From: Epiperipatus broadwayi
Lineage: Eukaryota; Animalia; Onychophora
Length of the DNA stretch: 64,000 bases
Reading direction: 5' to 3'
NCBI GenBank assembly: GCA_028023455.1
Contig: JAQFVV010000008.1
Coordinates: forward strand, 14,260,001 to 14,324,000
How positions within the stretch are numbered: the first letter of the stretch is position 1; each line of letters begins with the position of its first letter. The position numbers and the translations under genes are program-made. This document shows, in pieces, positions 23,966 through 36,819 of this stretch. The notes below the pieces were generated by a model. The model had not been told where the DNA came from. It did not search any database and saw only the letters and a list, made by a program, of their open reading frames with translations.

Positions 23966-24835
23966 TCATTTAGTGATCTGTCTTTGTCTTTGTGAAAAAG
24001 TCATATCTCTCACAGCCATGCTTTGTCCCTTAGTTGATACATAGACAATGGTATACGTTGTATCATCTGTGTCTGGATTACATTTTGTTTGTCGTGATTT
24101 TTTGCATACAGCTGCTAAATGTCCTTTAAATCCGCAGTTATAACAGTTTTCTTTTCTCCATTTACAATTTTTAGATACATGGCCAGTTTTACCACAGCAG
24201 AAACATTTCACTGTTAACATTTTCTCTCTGTTAAGATTTTCATTCTTCAGCTGCTGACTTCGATCTGTTTTATAAACTGCCATCTTTCTGATCTCTTCTG
24301 AGTTGTTTCTAAAAGCTAGGGCTTGCTCAATTACTGCTTCATATGCTATTCCTTTTTTAATAGCAACTTCATATGATAAGTCACTTTCCGTTAACAATGT
24401 CTGCCGCAATCTTTCATCGTACATTCCCCACAATAATTGATCCAGCAAAGCTTGTTCTAAAAATTCGCCATAATCACAGTTTTTTGCCAGCTGTTTTAAT
24501 GCTATATCATAGTCTTTAATTTTTTTCTCCCTGGCTTGCTTTCTATTTCTCAGAGTTAATCTAGCTACATGTCTAGATGGCTTTGGGCTAAAATAGTCTG
24601 TTAATTTTTTAACTATATCTTCAAACTGTACTCCATCAGTTATCGGTCCGTCCCATAATTTATTAATAATTTCTATGACTTTGCGTCCTCCTAAACATAA
24701 AAGTGCGGCCACTTTTTTTTCATTATTTTTTATCCCATTTAACTTGAAAAAATTTTCCAATTGCATTATGTAGAGAGGCCATTCCTTGGCATTTTCAATG
24801 CTAAATTCAGAAATACTGCTTTGTCCTAACGACAT
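23966..24835 (-). CDS. gag: Gag protein, Mag-like Ty3/Gypsy, two CCHC zinc knuckles
   Basis: Intact ORF from ATG 24835 (MSLGQ...): EWPLYIMQLENFFKLNGI, LTDYFSPKP, RNRKQ...DYDIALKQLAKNCDYGEFLEQALLDQL, CFCCGKTGHVSKNC and CYNCGFKGHLAAVC. Confidence 0.95.
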   Translation of the reverse strand: MSLGQSSISEFSIENAKEWPLYIMQLENFFKLNGIKNNEKKVAALLCLGGRKVIEIINKLWDGPITDGVQFEDIVKKLTDYFSPKPSRHVARLTLRNRKQAREKKIKDYDIALKQLAKNCDYGEFLEQALLDQLLWGMYDERLRQTLLTESDLSYEVAIKKGIAYEAVIEQALAFRNNSEEIRKMAVYKTDRSQQLKNENLNREKMLTVKCFCCGKTGHVSKNCKWRKENCYNCGFKGHLAAVCKKSRQTKCNPDTDDTTYTIVYVSTKGQSMAVRDMTFSQRQRQITK

Positions 24836-24925
24836 TTTACTTGTTTCCAAATGTATCGGTTGACTTTCTCGTCTCACTTATTATTTCAAGTTTTACTAGG
24901 TTTGAAACTTAGACTGCACAAATCT

Positions 24926-25360
24926 TGTAATATCTTCACCCCTAAGCTTTTACAGAGGGGTAGAAAAACACTTACAATCCAATCGAACTCGGCTGAACAA
25001 CTCTTAAAACCGTTGTGCCGCAAATAGCTCTTAATAGCTTTACATATCCACTTTTGTTAACAAGACTGTAACAAGTGTGCGATGTTTTCCTCTAGCAATT
25101 TATATATCCCTCCGAGTTCTTTTGTTAAGTCTTATCTGCTACATTCCGAAAACTTAATCGCGTGTTTTCCAAATCCGTTTTATTGTTCTTACTTTAATTA
25201 CATATTTTTATCTCTGATAAAAATAATTCCACAACTTGTTTTTTAATTATAATTATTTTCCATTATAATTATTTTTACTTTCAACTAAAATAAATCGAAA
25301 ACTTCTGGAGTAAATTGTCTCTAGTAAACTCGCTGTTTATTTCTCACAACGAATACAACA
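24926..25360 (-). repeat. 5' LTR of the gag-only element
   Basis: Minus strand starts TGTTGTATTCG and ends GATATTACA. Confidence 0.95.
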
Positions 25361-27159
25361 ACTAGTAAACTTTCTTATTTCATCTATCCATCTCACATGT
25401 AGTCCCTTTCTAGATCTTTGCAATCTCTTGCGATTCATTTTAAGATTTCATCTGCCCATTTACTATCAATTCTTCTGGCAATATGTTCAGCCCAACTCCT
25501 TTTTAGTCTCTTCTTTCAAAGATGTTAGTGATATCTGTTTTTCTTTCACTCATGTATAGTATTTTTTTTGTCTTCATTTATATTGTTCATAAATAATCTT
25601 ACCATTTTATTCAATATTTGTACACACATCTATTTATATTTGTCTGTCTGATTAAAATATAGAGTTTATAAAGACAATAAAATAAACTTTAAATATTTAA
25701 AGTGTAAACATCTTTACACCTTTTATACTAAAATGGAAACCTAGATAAAATAATTTTTTACATAACAATAATAATTATAATAAATTAAAATACATCTTTT
25801 TTATTTATATAAAAGTTATTATTTGTATTTTGTCTTATTTTGATTCAATTCTTTTAAATAGAATAAAGATAGTTTTTTTAATATCAATATCAGATGTGAT
25901 GCAAAATGTTGACAACAAAAATTCTTTGTATTTGACAGATATATAATAATCTTTTGTACTTAATCTGAAAAATATGAAAAATATTCTTTCTTTTACATTG
26001 AAATACTCTTTCATGATATAGGATGGAATAAATCAAATACCACAGAAATATTCTGTTACAAACGTAATAATAGTCTTCAGGGACAATTCTAATTATTTAC
26101 TTCAACAATTTTATGAATTTTATTTACTGAAACTTAACTAACCAACTAAAACTTTTTTTTATTCTAATCATTTCTAAATGTAATTCACTGACATTTCACA
26201 AAATCTCTTTTTTAATTTTTGTCAGCATTCTTTATAAGATACTATTTAAAAAAATTATAAAATATTTTACTTTACAATGCTAAAAAAATATTTAATTTAA
26301 CAAAAATCAAATATAAATTTAATTATTGTTTACTAAATGAAGTCTATGAGAGTAATTACATTAAATATAATAAATATAAATACATACAAACATAAATATG
26401 AATAAAATTAGGTATTGCAATGTGTATTTATATAAACTTATATAATATTCTGTGTGTAAACAAATATGTAGTTACCTGTCTGTGCATTATAATTAATATA
26501 TTTCATTTATACATGAATGTGTGTGCATATATATTACACATATGTGTTTAGGTAGTCATAAAAATATATATTTTTATACAGATTTATATTAATGACAAAT
26601 AAGGTAAACTCCAAATCATTAATGGTTATATAACATATATAAGTTACATGATAAAAAAAATAAAAGAATTGCAATCCAGGAAACCAAACCTGGGTGGTGT
26701 TATATAAAATGTTCTGATAATTTTCAGTATATATCTGCAAATTAGAGGAGAACAATAAAATATTACTGAAACAAAAGCTTTCTTATATTAAATAATATTA
26801 CATTTGGTATTAAATAACCTTTTTCAAAATTATTTATTCACAAATAAATAAATACCTTATTTTTGGTATATTCAATATACTTTATAGTTTATTTTGAAGA
26901 AATTATTTTTTAGTGTTTAAATACTTAATAATATTTACACTTATATATATATCATGCAAAGTGATCCAGAATTTGCACAGTGCATGCATACATTAGATGG
27001 CATTCAATAAAGTATTTTTAAAATTTTTAAAGAATAAACCTAACATTTTTTTTGTTAAGAACAGAAAATTATAAGATTAATAGAAAACAATTTTGTGAGA
27101 TTATAAGAATTAATAATAATTACACATGAATTGGAATTATGTGTCATAATATGGACTCA

Positions 27160-30100
27160 TATATTGTACTGCTAATGAAGAGCATTACATGTCTGTAATT
27201 TTTATTAAAAAATTAAGATAAAAGTAATTTATAAGTAGTTTAAAGATTTATAAAAAGAAAAAATACTTTTTTTAAAGAAATAAAAACACTATGAAACCAT
27301 TATTGATAAATGATTGAGATAAATTTCATTGAAAAAAATAATTAAAAGTTTAATAAAGAGAAGTTTAATGCAGAACTTTGAAGAGGTTTTTTTTTAAAAC
27401 AAATCACAGTTTGCCAAAAGACAGAATGGTGCATCATTCATACTGTTTTACAAATTAAAGAGTAATTAGAGGGGAGGGGAGAACATTTAACATGGTAAAT
27501 TAAAAAAACAATTAAAAATTGCTTTCTTTCCATTTATTTAATAATGAGGGATGTGTGCATAAATAAGGTTGATTTTAAACTACATAAAGAAATAAATCTG
27601 TGTCTGTTAAAAAAAAGAAAAATGAAAGTTAAGTTTAAATGAATAAAGGGAAGCTTATAATCAAATTTAAAATTCACTCAAAGATTGCTTGTCCAATAAA
27701 TAAAGAATGGGAATTAGTATTTATAAATTGCTACAAACATAAACAATGGAAATAATTAAGAGCTGTATTTTATCCAAAGATAGATTGATCTAAGCAAGCA
27801 TGCAGATTAAGAGACTGGCAAATAATTAATAAAATTTAATTAAATTAATTAAACTGATTTGGAAAAAATTTAATTAAAAGATAACAAGACCGCGACATAA
27901 ATAGGACTGAAAATTCAACACACTCAGTTTATTGAGTTCTTTTCACTGCAGACTCTTATTCTTTTAACTTATCACTGTATTAAGATCATGCAGTGCTAAG
28001 CAGTCATTGGAACTTGGCCAAACTCCAACCTCGGTCTGCAAGAACACTAGAAATCTCCCTGTTAGAAGTAATGCCTGTCTAAGTATCTGAAGCACCAAGA
28101 ATATCTACCTGCCTGAATATAAGAAGCAACTAGGAGCCACAACCAAAACTATCAAAAAAGCCAAAAACCAACTGGTTGGTAAATTGTCCATACAGCAGGA
28201 GAAAACAAGAAGCCACATCTCAGAGTACAATGTGTCCAAAATCCTAGGTAATATAATTTCTTATTCCCATTCATAGACTAATATTAACTTTATGAACAAT
28301 AGTAGCAGTAGCAATCTTTGAGTGTCCTGATATTCAGCATATAAATGAACTATAATCTGTACTTGTATATCCATTTCCCAGTGTTAGCCAAATGTTTTCA
28401 AAGCTTTTCTAAATAATTACTAATTATAATTCTAAATGTGTATACACAATCATATGTATATTAATTATACGATTCATTTTAAGTATTTATTAAGAATATA
28501 GGTTATGAAATTAATATCATTTATTGTTATAATTTTTATGGAGTATATGTATGTGTGGTAAATGTGACATTTATTAGTTATTAAAGGGGGATAAATTTAG
28601 CTGATAAATTTCTAATAACAAATTTATTTAAAATATATTGCAATAAACATTGTCTGAGAATTAGTATTGAATACTTCTTTTCTAGTTATGCCACTAGTAA
28701 GCAATTCTCTTAAATAAGGTTACTGGATAGTCAGTTAATTTTATTCTTTGTAAATTTCATGACTGAGCTAGTTGGGATAAGTCAGGTGCTAAATTGGTAG
28801 CTATTATTCAGGGCATGTTAATTACTTCTCATAATTAGCTGATGCTTGAAGTTTACTTCAAAACAAATAAAGTGCCTTGAATGATAGGGATTTAATTTAG
28901 CAGCCAAGAAGTTATGTAGCTTGGAAAGGTGGCTGTAAATTATACCTTGTATAACTTCAGCCTAGCTGTAGGTGCCCTCTGGGTATTATGCTTCTCTGCT
29001 TGAGGAATCAGGTGACATACTATTAAAGTAAGATGGAGGGGGTAAGATTTATTATAAATAATTTTATCATATTTTTTATATAAAAAGAAGGAAACAATTT
29101 GGTACTAATCGGTATGCCAGGCCAGCCACTTGGTAGCATTGTTTCTCTGTTAAAAACACACAATTATATCAATTGGGGCCTAACTATTTTTAATTAAATT
29201 ATTTTTACATTTTCTCTGACTTTTATTAAAATATTTTTACATTTTCTCCTCCTTTTTTAAAAAATTTGATACAACTTTTTTACTCATCTTTTGACATATT
29301 TTGACATTTGATATGACTTTTTTTACCAATATTTTGACATTCTTGTAAATAATTTATGATACAAGATTTGATTCAAATATTTGTACATTTTCTTTTCAAA
29401 AATGGCAAAATTAAAAACATCATATAACACAAATAAAGCCAAAAAAAAAAAACACCATATATTCACTGTATTTTTTAAAAAAAAAAAAAAAAGTTGAAAA
29501 AGCCAAAAGTTTTGATCTTAGTTTAACTTGGGAGGGGGGGGGGTAAATTGTCATTACTGAGATAAAAGATAGAGACAAAAGTTATTTTTGGTTTTTATTT
29601 TTAAAAAAAGATTAATAAAAATTGATTTAAAAAAAAAAGTTTTAGTATATCAGTGGTATACAAATAAAGCCAAAACAAAAATCGCAGTATAGCCAAAAAA
29701 AAAAAGTCACTATATTTTTTTTTAAATAAAAAAAAAACCAAAATTGAAAAAGTCAAAAGTTTTGATCTTATTTTAATGTTTTTTTTTTTTTGGGTGGGGC
29801 TGAGTGGTTGACAAATAATTTGTCATCACTGATGAAACAAATTTTATGATTTACAAAACTACATGCAACCTCAGGCATTTTATTTGTCTCGTAATTTACA
29901 TAGCTATTCATGTGAGTTTCTGGGAAAGGTGCTTGGCCATGACCTTTTGCAATGTTTTTCACCTTTCAAAATTTGTAGGGAAGCGTGACGATGGTTTTAC
30001 AATTATTAGTATCAAATGCTATGTCAGATAGGGGGTAAGATCTTTAATTCAAATGCATATTACAAGTTATGGTCACTTGAATTCCCTACAACCTCACATC

Positions 30101-30446
30101 ATATGATAGCAATCTGTTAAGTATGCATATTTGCATAGTGTCATGAAGCACATTAGCAGGCCATAATATTTGTGTGCAATGCCATATATGCCTGCACTGG
30201 CTAATATGAACAGTACTGTTCTATAGGCCATTTCTCTGAAAAAGCAGAAATATTGGACTGTGTAACCAGCATGTGTTTTTAGCAGAGAAACAATGCTCCC
30301 AGACTGACTGACCTGGCAGACCATTTAGTACCATAATTTGTTTTACAATTTTGTTTTATTAAAGTATATAAAGAGTAAAACAACAATAAACTTTATATTT
30401 CTCTAGATATTATTTTGCATACTATTATTTACTCCCACCCAGTTCA
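27160..30446 (+). repeat. 5' LTR, interrupted by a TIR element at 29101-30332
   Basis: Aligns with the 3' LTR up to attaaagta (29030); a U5-like end cccacccagttca at 30446 precedes the PBS. Confidence 0.75.
29101..30332. mobile_element. Non-autonomous TIR (MITE-like) element, about 1.2 kb
   Basis: About 60-bp terminal inverted repeats starting GGTACTAA (29101-29160 and 30272-30332), about 84% identical; TSD unclear. Confidence 0.75.
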
Positions 30447-30448
30447 TT

Positions 30449-30466
30449 TGGAATCCAACATGAGGC
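30449..30466 (+). other. Degenerate primer-binding site, tRNA-Lys(CUU)-like
   Basis: tggaatccaacatgaggc versus TGGCGCCCAACGTGGGGC (13/18), immediately after the LTR end. Confidence 0.55.
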
Positions 30467-31839
30467 ATAACCAGCATATATGAGTTACTTAATTATATGT
30501 CAAATAAAATTTAAAAAACCATCAAACTGCATATAATTAGAGTTGTAAAGTGATCTAATTAGGAAAAGAATGGACCAAAACATTTTTTTTTAAATGAAAA
30601 GAGAGTGAAAAAGTTAAAGGGGGTTTTAAGTAAAGAGAAATACATATATGAAAAGAAAAAAAAAATAATGAAAATTGTGTTGTTGAAAATAAAGTAATAG
30701 TTTTAGAATAAATTACAAAAATAGTTTCATTAGCTGTAAAGATTCGAATTGCATAAATGATAATGAATAGAATTTTTTTTATAAAAATTGAAAGAATTAA
30801 AAAAAATAATGAGTCCCATATATAATATAATCAGCAGCAGATATATGTTTAAGTGGGATGAATCATTAACAATAACTAGAGACAATAAGACTAAAGGAGT
30901 TGGAGTCAGTCTATATTCTGCTTAAGAGAAATAAATAAATGGTTTAATAATATTTTGAATTTGTTTGAATGAAAGCATAGATAAATAGATATTGTATACA
31001 AATATTTTAAAAATATAAAAAAAATTGAAAAAGAGAAACACAGTGTAGAAATGGATAAAAATATAGAGCTGGAGGGATTAATAAAAAGAGTAGATATGTT
31101 AGAAAGAAAATGGGAGAATATAAAAACAAGGGAACACATACATAAAATGGAGGCAGTAAATCCACTGCTAAAAATAAAGCATTTTCAGAAAACAGATCCA
31201 AATGAGCACCTAGAGAGCGTGAAGCGAGGGAGCAAGAATTACATTTGAAACTGGAAACATTCAATGAATACAAGTGGTTGCTGTTGGAAAATATTGGGGG
31301 GAGGAGCTTCAGGAAAAGGTTAAGCTCCAGCTAGAGCAAGATAGGTGACAGCCAGGAGAGTTACTTGTTACATTTTTTGTAGACAAGTAGTGAAATTGAG
31401 AGCAATCACAGCATACCCATTGTCAGAGCAACAGATTATGTGAATAGTTAGGCATGGTTTACCTGGGAATGTAGAATAATATTGATTGGCAAGCAAATAA
31501 TGGAGCAGATGGCTGAAGTATTAATGACACTGACAACAATAGGGGGTGGTAAAAGGTCAGGATGAGGATGGAAATGCAGAAATTGATCACAAGCAAGTAG
31601 CAAATATGGTATATAGTGGAGAAGAGAGCATGCTAATAAAGGCACCTCAGTATTGTCTGAAGGTAGAGATAAGGAGAAAGGATTGTAACTAGTGCATTGT
31701 TCAATTCAGGAAGTCAGATATCAGTAATGTCACAGAAAATTTTTAATAAAATAAGTGACATTGACTCAGAAATTAAAATCTTGCCTGGCTAATGGTAAAA
31801 GGGTGAAGCTGGCATCCAAACAAGCATGGATGAAAATGC

Positions 31840-31891
31840 ATATGGCAGTGAGAGAATATAGCCATATATGGCAGTGAGAGAATATAGCCAT
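31840..31891. repeat. Exact 26-bp tandem duplication
   Basis: atatggcagtgagagaatatagccat occurs twice. Confidence 0.9.
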
Positions 31892-32507
31892 GTATTGTTG
31901 ATTCTGGAGGGTCTGATTCATGAGGTCATATTATGGCTCAGACTTTATGTATAAAACAGGCTGTGTATTGGATTATAAATGAGATCAGGCAGAAATAAAC
32001 AACACAATAATTCTGTTTACAAAATACCAAAGGATAAAGTTAATAAAGAAGGTTTCACATAAAGAGATAGGGAAAAGGTGGATGAATCAAGATACATAAA
32101 TGATAATCAAAGAGACTAATTGAAAAGGCTACTAAACAGATATGAGAGTGTGTTTTCTGAGATTCCTGGGGTGATCCAAGGGTATGAACACAAGATAATG
32201 CACATGAAAGATCAACCATATCAAGGCCATGCTTATCCCACACCACATCAATATAGACATGAAATATAAGAACAGATAAACAAAATGCTTAAATGGAGAA
32301 TCATATCTAAATGTTCTCTTTAATAACCCAATGGTAACAGTAAAAAAAAGAGATGGATCAATTTGGTTGTGTTTAGATGTCTGGTAGCTAAATAAGATAA
32401 CAATACCTGATACTGATGCTTCTCCACCTATGAACGAATTGTTAACAAAATTTTGAAAGAAAAAAAATATTTTTGATGTTCGACTTAATTTCCAGTTATT
32501 GGCAAAT

Positions 32508-32698
32508 TAAACTTCACCCAAAGGGCCAGAAATATACTGCATTTAAATAATAACGGACATGCATATAAGTTTAACCAGATTCCCTTCAGCTCAAAAATGG
32601 AGATAAACTTCACCCAAAGGGCCAGAAATATACTGCATTTAAATAATAATGGACATGCATATAATTTTAACTAGATTCCCTTCAGCTTAAAAATGGAG
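32508..32698. repeat. 96-bp tandem duplication within RT
   Basis: taaacttcacccaaagggccagaaatatactgc...aaaatggag at 32508 and 32604, about 4 mismatches. Confidence 0.9.
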
Positions 32699-34983
32699 GA
32701 GCGGAGCTTGTCCAATGTCTAGATCAGGTGTTGTCAGAGGATATTAAGAATTTAGTTATAATGTATGTGGATGACATTGTGGTAGCTTTGGAGAGTATAG
32801 AAGAGCATTTCATGCATTTATAAATGTTGCTGGGTGAGTATGAGAAAAACAATTAATTTTGAACAAGAGTAAAATAATGACTACCAAGGTCAAGTTTTTA
32901 TGCCATATAATCAGTAAAAGAGGAATATTACTTAATCCTGAAAAAGTCCAAGCAATTCAGGAGTTTCCCATGCCTCAGAATAAAAAACATTAATTAAATC
33001 CTTTTCTTGGGTTATGTAACTTTTATAATCAATTTTATAGAAATTTTTCACTTGACATGGAGCCATTATTGTAATTATTAAGAAAGTAGAAACTGTGGGT
33101 GTGGAATGAACAGCATGAGTGTAGTTTCCCAAGCATAAAGGCAGGATTCTTGAATAAAGTTATGCTATCATATCACAATTTCAACAAATCATTCTTTGTA
33201 TAAATGGTCAGCAGTGGGTTTGGATTGGGTGCCATGATAAGAAGGAGGTCAGTATGGGTCCTTTGTTTCATTAGTCACTTGTTGAAAGGATCAGAAGTGA
33301 ACTATACTGTAATTGAGAAAGAAGCCCTAGCAGTTGTATGGGCATTTAAGAAATTCTGGCAGTATTTAATAGGCTCTGATGTAGTGGTAATTACTAACCA
33401 TAAGAGTCTTGAGTTTCTCAACCATAGCTTTCTGAGTAATAGCAAGTTAGTAAGATGGAACTTGTTCCTGCAGCAATTTAATTACAAAGTGGCATACAGT
33501 CATGGTGAAGAAAATATTGTGGCAGATATTTTAAGTCAATACCTGGTAACTCAAGAACAACACTTAAGTTGTGATAGAGTGTATATAGCTGCAGCTAAAA
33601 TATATAAAAGAAATGGGATAGAAGATGATTTGCATAGGTTAAAGGATCAGCAGGGAGAAGATCTGTCTACAAACAAATAATGGAGTATTTACGCCATCAA
33701 TCTGTAATGAAAATGGCAAATATCTGCTATTGAGGGACAGAAACTATTTTTGCTTAAAGGGAGGAGTCTTACAGCATGTATTTCAGGAAAAAAACACATA
33801 TTATTCTTCTGGTCACTATGAGGAAGCAGATAATTAAATATGTGCATAAAACTTATGGATATTGTTGGGCAAGTAAGGTTAAGGGATGGTTGAGTCATTG
33901 GTTCTACTGGCCAGGAATCTACACCAGTATTGCCTATGTCATTGGTAAATGTACCATATATTCAACAACCAAGCCTCCTAACACATCAGGAATAGGACCA
34001 CTGCCACCTATATATGCCTAACATCTGGATAGCTTAGTAGTGATAGACTTCTATGGACTTCTGTCTCCATTCAATAAAATGAAATATTTCATTGCAGCAT
34101 ATGACATGTTTTCAAAGTTACTAACTGCATATCCAGTAACTCAAGCTAACACAAAACAAACTATTCTGGTCTTGGAACAACAGCACCTTAAGATTGTAGG
34201 AATTCCTGACAAAATCTTGCCGATCACAAAATGCCCATTGTATCCAGTGAATGGAAGACATGGGATAAACATATACTTACATCAATTGTAACTCTCAGTA
34301 TAATCCATGTGAATGGATTGTGAGGGAGCTGGGGTGTTTACTTCATGTTTATATATGAAATGATCATTGCAGATGGGGGAAAGAAACCCCATGAATAGTC
34401 AACATGATAAACTGATCAAGAAACAAATGCACAGGATTTGAATCTGTTTGACTGCATTTTGGAAGAAATATTACATACCCATTTGAGACCAGGTTGCCAG
34501 TGGGGATGAATCCAATAAACAAGAAAAAGGATGCTGAGAAAGCACTCAACTGGCTAAATAAATGAGCAAACTAAGGCGGAAGAAGCAGGCAGGGAGAAAC
34601 TAAAACCATATTCAGAATAGGAGATAAGGTCATGGTGAGAGTCATCCTGTGAGTCACCCTGAAAAACACATATACAAGAAATTCCAGCCAATTTATGATG
34701 GCCCTTATGTAATCAAGTGGAAATATGGCAATAACACATTTGTGGTAATGCAGGGGATGGAAGAAAAGGAAACATATAAGGTCCGGTCATTAAGGTTAGT
34801 AAAAAGAGAAAAACAACCACCAGACAGGTGGTAATAATATTTTAAAAAAAAGAAAAGAATGTCAAACAAATTAAGAAAGAAACTTAAAAAAAAAAAAAAT
34901 TAATGTAAATAGTTCAAAATTTTTAAGAAAGTTATCAGAGATAAAATGGTCAAAATGGCACATTTACTCTTAGCGGGGGGTGG

Positions 34984-36819
34984 CGTAATGTACTGTTAAT
35001 GAACAGTGTTACATAGCTGTAATTTTTATTAAAAAAATTAGGATAAAAATAATTTATAACAGCTTAAAAATCTATAAAAGAAAAAAAGATGTTTTTTTTT
35101 AAAATAAAAACACTACAGAACCATTATCGATAAATGATTGAGGTAAATTTCATTGAAAGAAATAATTAAAAGTTTAATAAAGAGAGGTTTAATGCAGAAC
35201 TTTGGAGAAATTTTTTTTTTAAACAAAACACAGTTTGCCAAAAGACAAAATGCTGCATCATTCATAAAGTTTTACAAATTAAAGAGTAATTAGAAAGGAT
35301 AGAAAATTTAACTTAGTTAATTTAAAAGGAAAACTAAAAATCGCTCTCTTTCCATTTATTTAAGAATAAGGAATATGTGCATAAATAAGGTTGATTTTAA
35401 ACTACATAAAGAAATAAAATATGTGAATGTTAAAAAAAAAAGAAAAATGAAAGTTAAGTTTAAATGAATAAAGGAAAGCTTATAATCAAATTTAAAATTC
35501 ACTCAAAGAATGCTTATCCAATAAATAAAGAATGGTAATTAGTATTTATAAACTGCTACAAACATAAACAATGGGAATAATTAAAAGCTGTATTTTATAC
35601 AAAGATAGATTGATCTAAGCAAGAACACGGATTAAGAGACAATGGCAAATAATAAAATAAAATTATTAAACTGATTCAAAAAACAATTAATTAAAAGATA
35701 ACAGCAATGAGCAGTAACATAAATAAGACTGAAAATTTGATGCACTTGGTTTATTGAGTTATTTTCACTGCAGACTTTTATTCTTTCAACTTGTCACTGT
35801 ATTAAGATCATAGTGTGCTAAGCAGTTATTGGAGCAAATGGGCAAATTCCAATCTCGGTCTGCAAGAACACCAGCAATCCACCCATTAGGAGTCATGCCT
35901 GTCTAAGAATCTGAACTACCAAAAATATCTATCTGCCTGAACATAAGAAGCAACCAGGAGCCAAGACCAAAACTATCAAAAAGTCAAAAACCAACTGGAG
36001 AAAACAAGAAGCCACATCTCAGAGTTCAATGTGTCCAAAATCCTAGGTAATATAAATTTCTTATTCCCATTCGTAAACTAATATTAACTTTATGAACAAT
36101 AGTAGCAGTAGCAATCTTTGAGTGTCCTGAAATTCAGCATATAAATGAACTATAATATGTACATGTATATCCATTTCCAAGTGTTAACCAAATGTTTGCA
36201 AAGCTTTTCTAAATAATTACTAATTATAAATCTAAATGTGTATACAGTCATATGTATATTAATTATGTGATTCATTTTAAGTATTTATTAAAAATATGGG
36301 CGTATGGAATTGATATCATTTATTGTTATAATTTTTATGGAGTAAATGTGCTTGTGGGCATTTATTAGTTATTAAAGAGAGATAAATTTACTGATAAATT
36401 TCTAACAACAAATTCATTTAAAATATATTGCAATAAACATTATCTGCTAATTAGTATTGAATAGTTCTTTTCTAATTATACCACTAGTAAGCAATTTTCT
36501 TGAATAGGTTACTGGATAGTCAGTTAATTTTTTTCTTTGTAATTTCATGACTGAGCTAATTGGGATAAATCAGGTACTGAATTGGTAGCCATCATTCAGG
36601 GCATGTTAATTACTTCTTGTAATTAGCTGGTGCCTGAAGGTTACTTCAAAACAAATAAAGTGCCTTGAATGACTGGGGTTGAATTTAGCAGTGGAGAAGT
36701 TCTGTAGCTTGGAAAGGTGACGATAAGTTATAGCTTGTATAATTTTGTCTAGCTATAGGTACTCTCTGGGTATTATGCTTCTCTGCCTGAGGAATCGGGT
36801 GATGTACTATTAAAGTACA
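34984..36819 (+). repeat. 3' LTR, truncated at its 3' end
   Basis: Direct repeat of 27160-29030; lacks the U5 end and abuts RTE sequence. Confidence 0.85.

Larger units (their letters stand above)
22918..25360 (-). mobile_element. Young, non-autonomous gag-only LTR retrotransposon (2443 bp)
   Basis: Two 435-bp LTRs with about 12 differences, TG...CA termini, ACTAG 5-bp TSD (22913-22917 and 25361-25365), PPT next to the 3' LTR, and a 1573-bp internal region with gag but no protease, RT, RNase H or integrase core. Confidence 0.95.
22815..25600 (-). mobile_element. 3' fragment of an RTE LINE split by the gag-only LTR element
   Basis: 25361-25600 reads (minus) SWAEHIARRIDSKW..RWIDEIRKF; it continues at 22917-22815 as gtgatgtggagaa...tgatgataa, like the RTE 3' end at 40060-40165. 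Confidence 0.75.
31051..34834 (+). pseudogene. gag-pol remnant (protease, RT, RNase H, integrase with GPY motif)
   Basis: YESVFSEIPGVIQGYEHKI, KKRDGSIWLCLD, SSYWQIKLHPKGQKYTAF, MYVDDIVV (about 32761), NYTVIEKEALAVVWAFKKFWQYL, WFYWPG..C, IDFYG..YDMFSK and KFQPIYDGPY. Confidence 0.9.
27160..36819 (+). mobile_element. Decayed Ty3/Gypsy LTR retrotransposon with about 2-kb LTRs
   Basis: Direct repeats 27160-29030 and 34984-36819 (roughly 85-90% identical by eye), PBS at 30449, gag-pol remnants at 31051-34834, PPT agcggggggtgg at about 34972-34983. Confidence 0.9.

Noticed and set aside
23401-24044. Overlapping ORFs 23401-23583 (-), 23478-23756 (+) and 23856-24044 (+)
   Set aside because: Alternate-frame or antisense shadows of the gag extension.
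24905-24925. tRNA-Ser-like PBS for the gag-only element (tttgtgcagtc versus TGGCGCAGTC)
   Set aside because: Lacks the TGG start and matches only about 8/10; not called.
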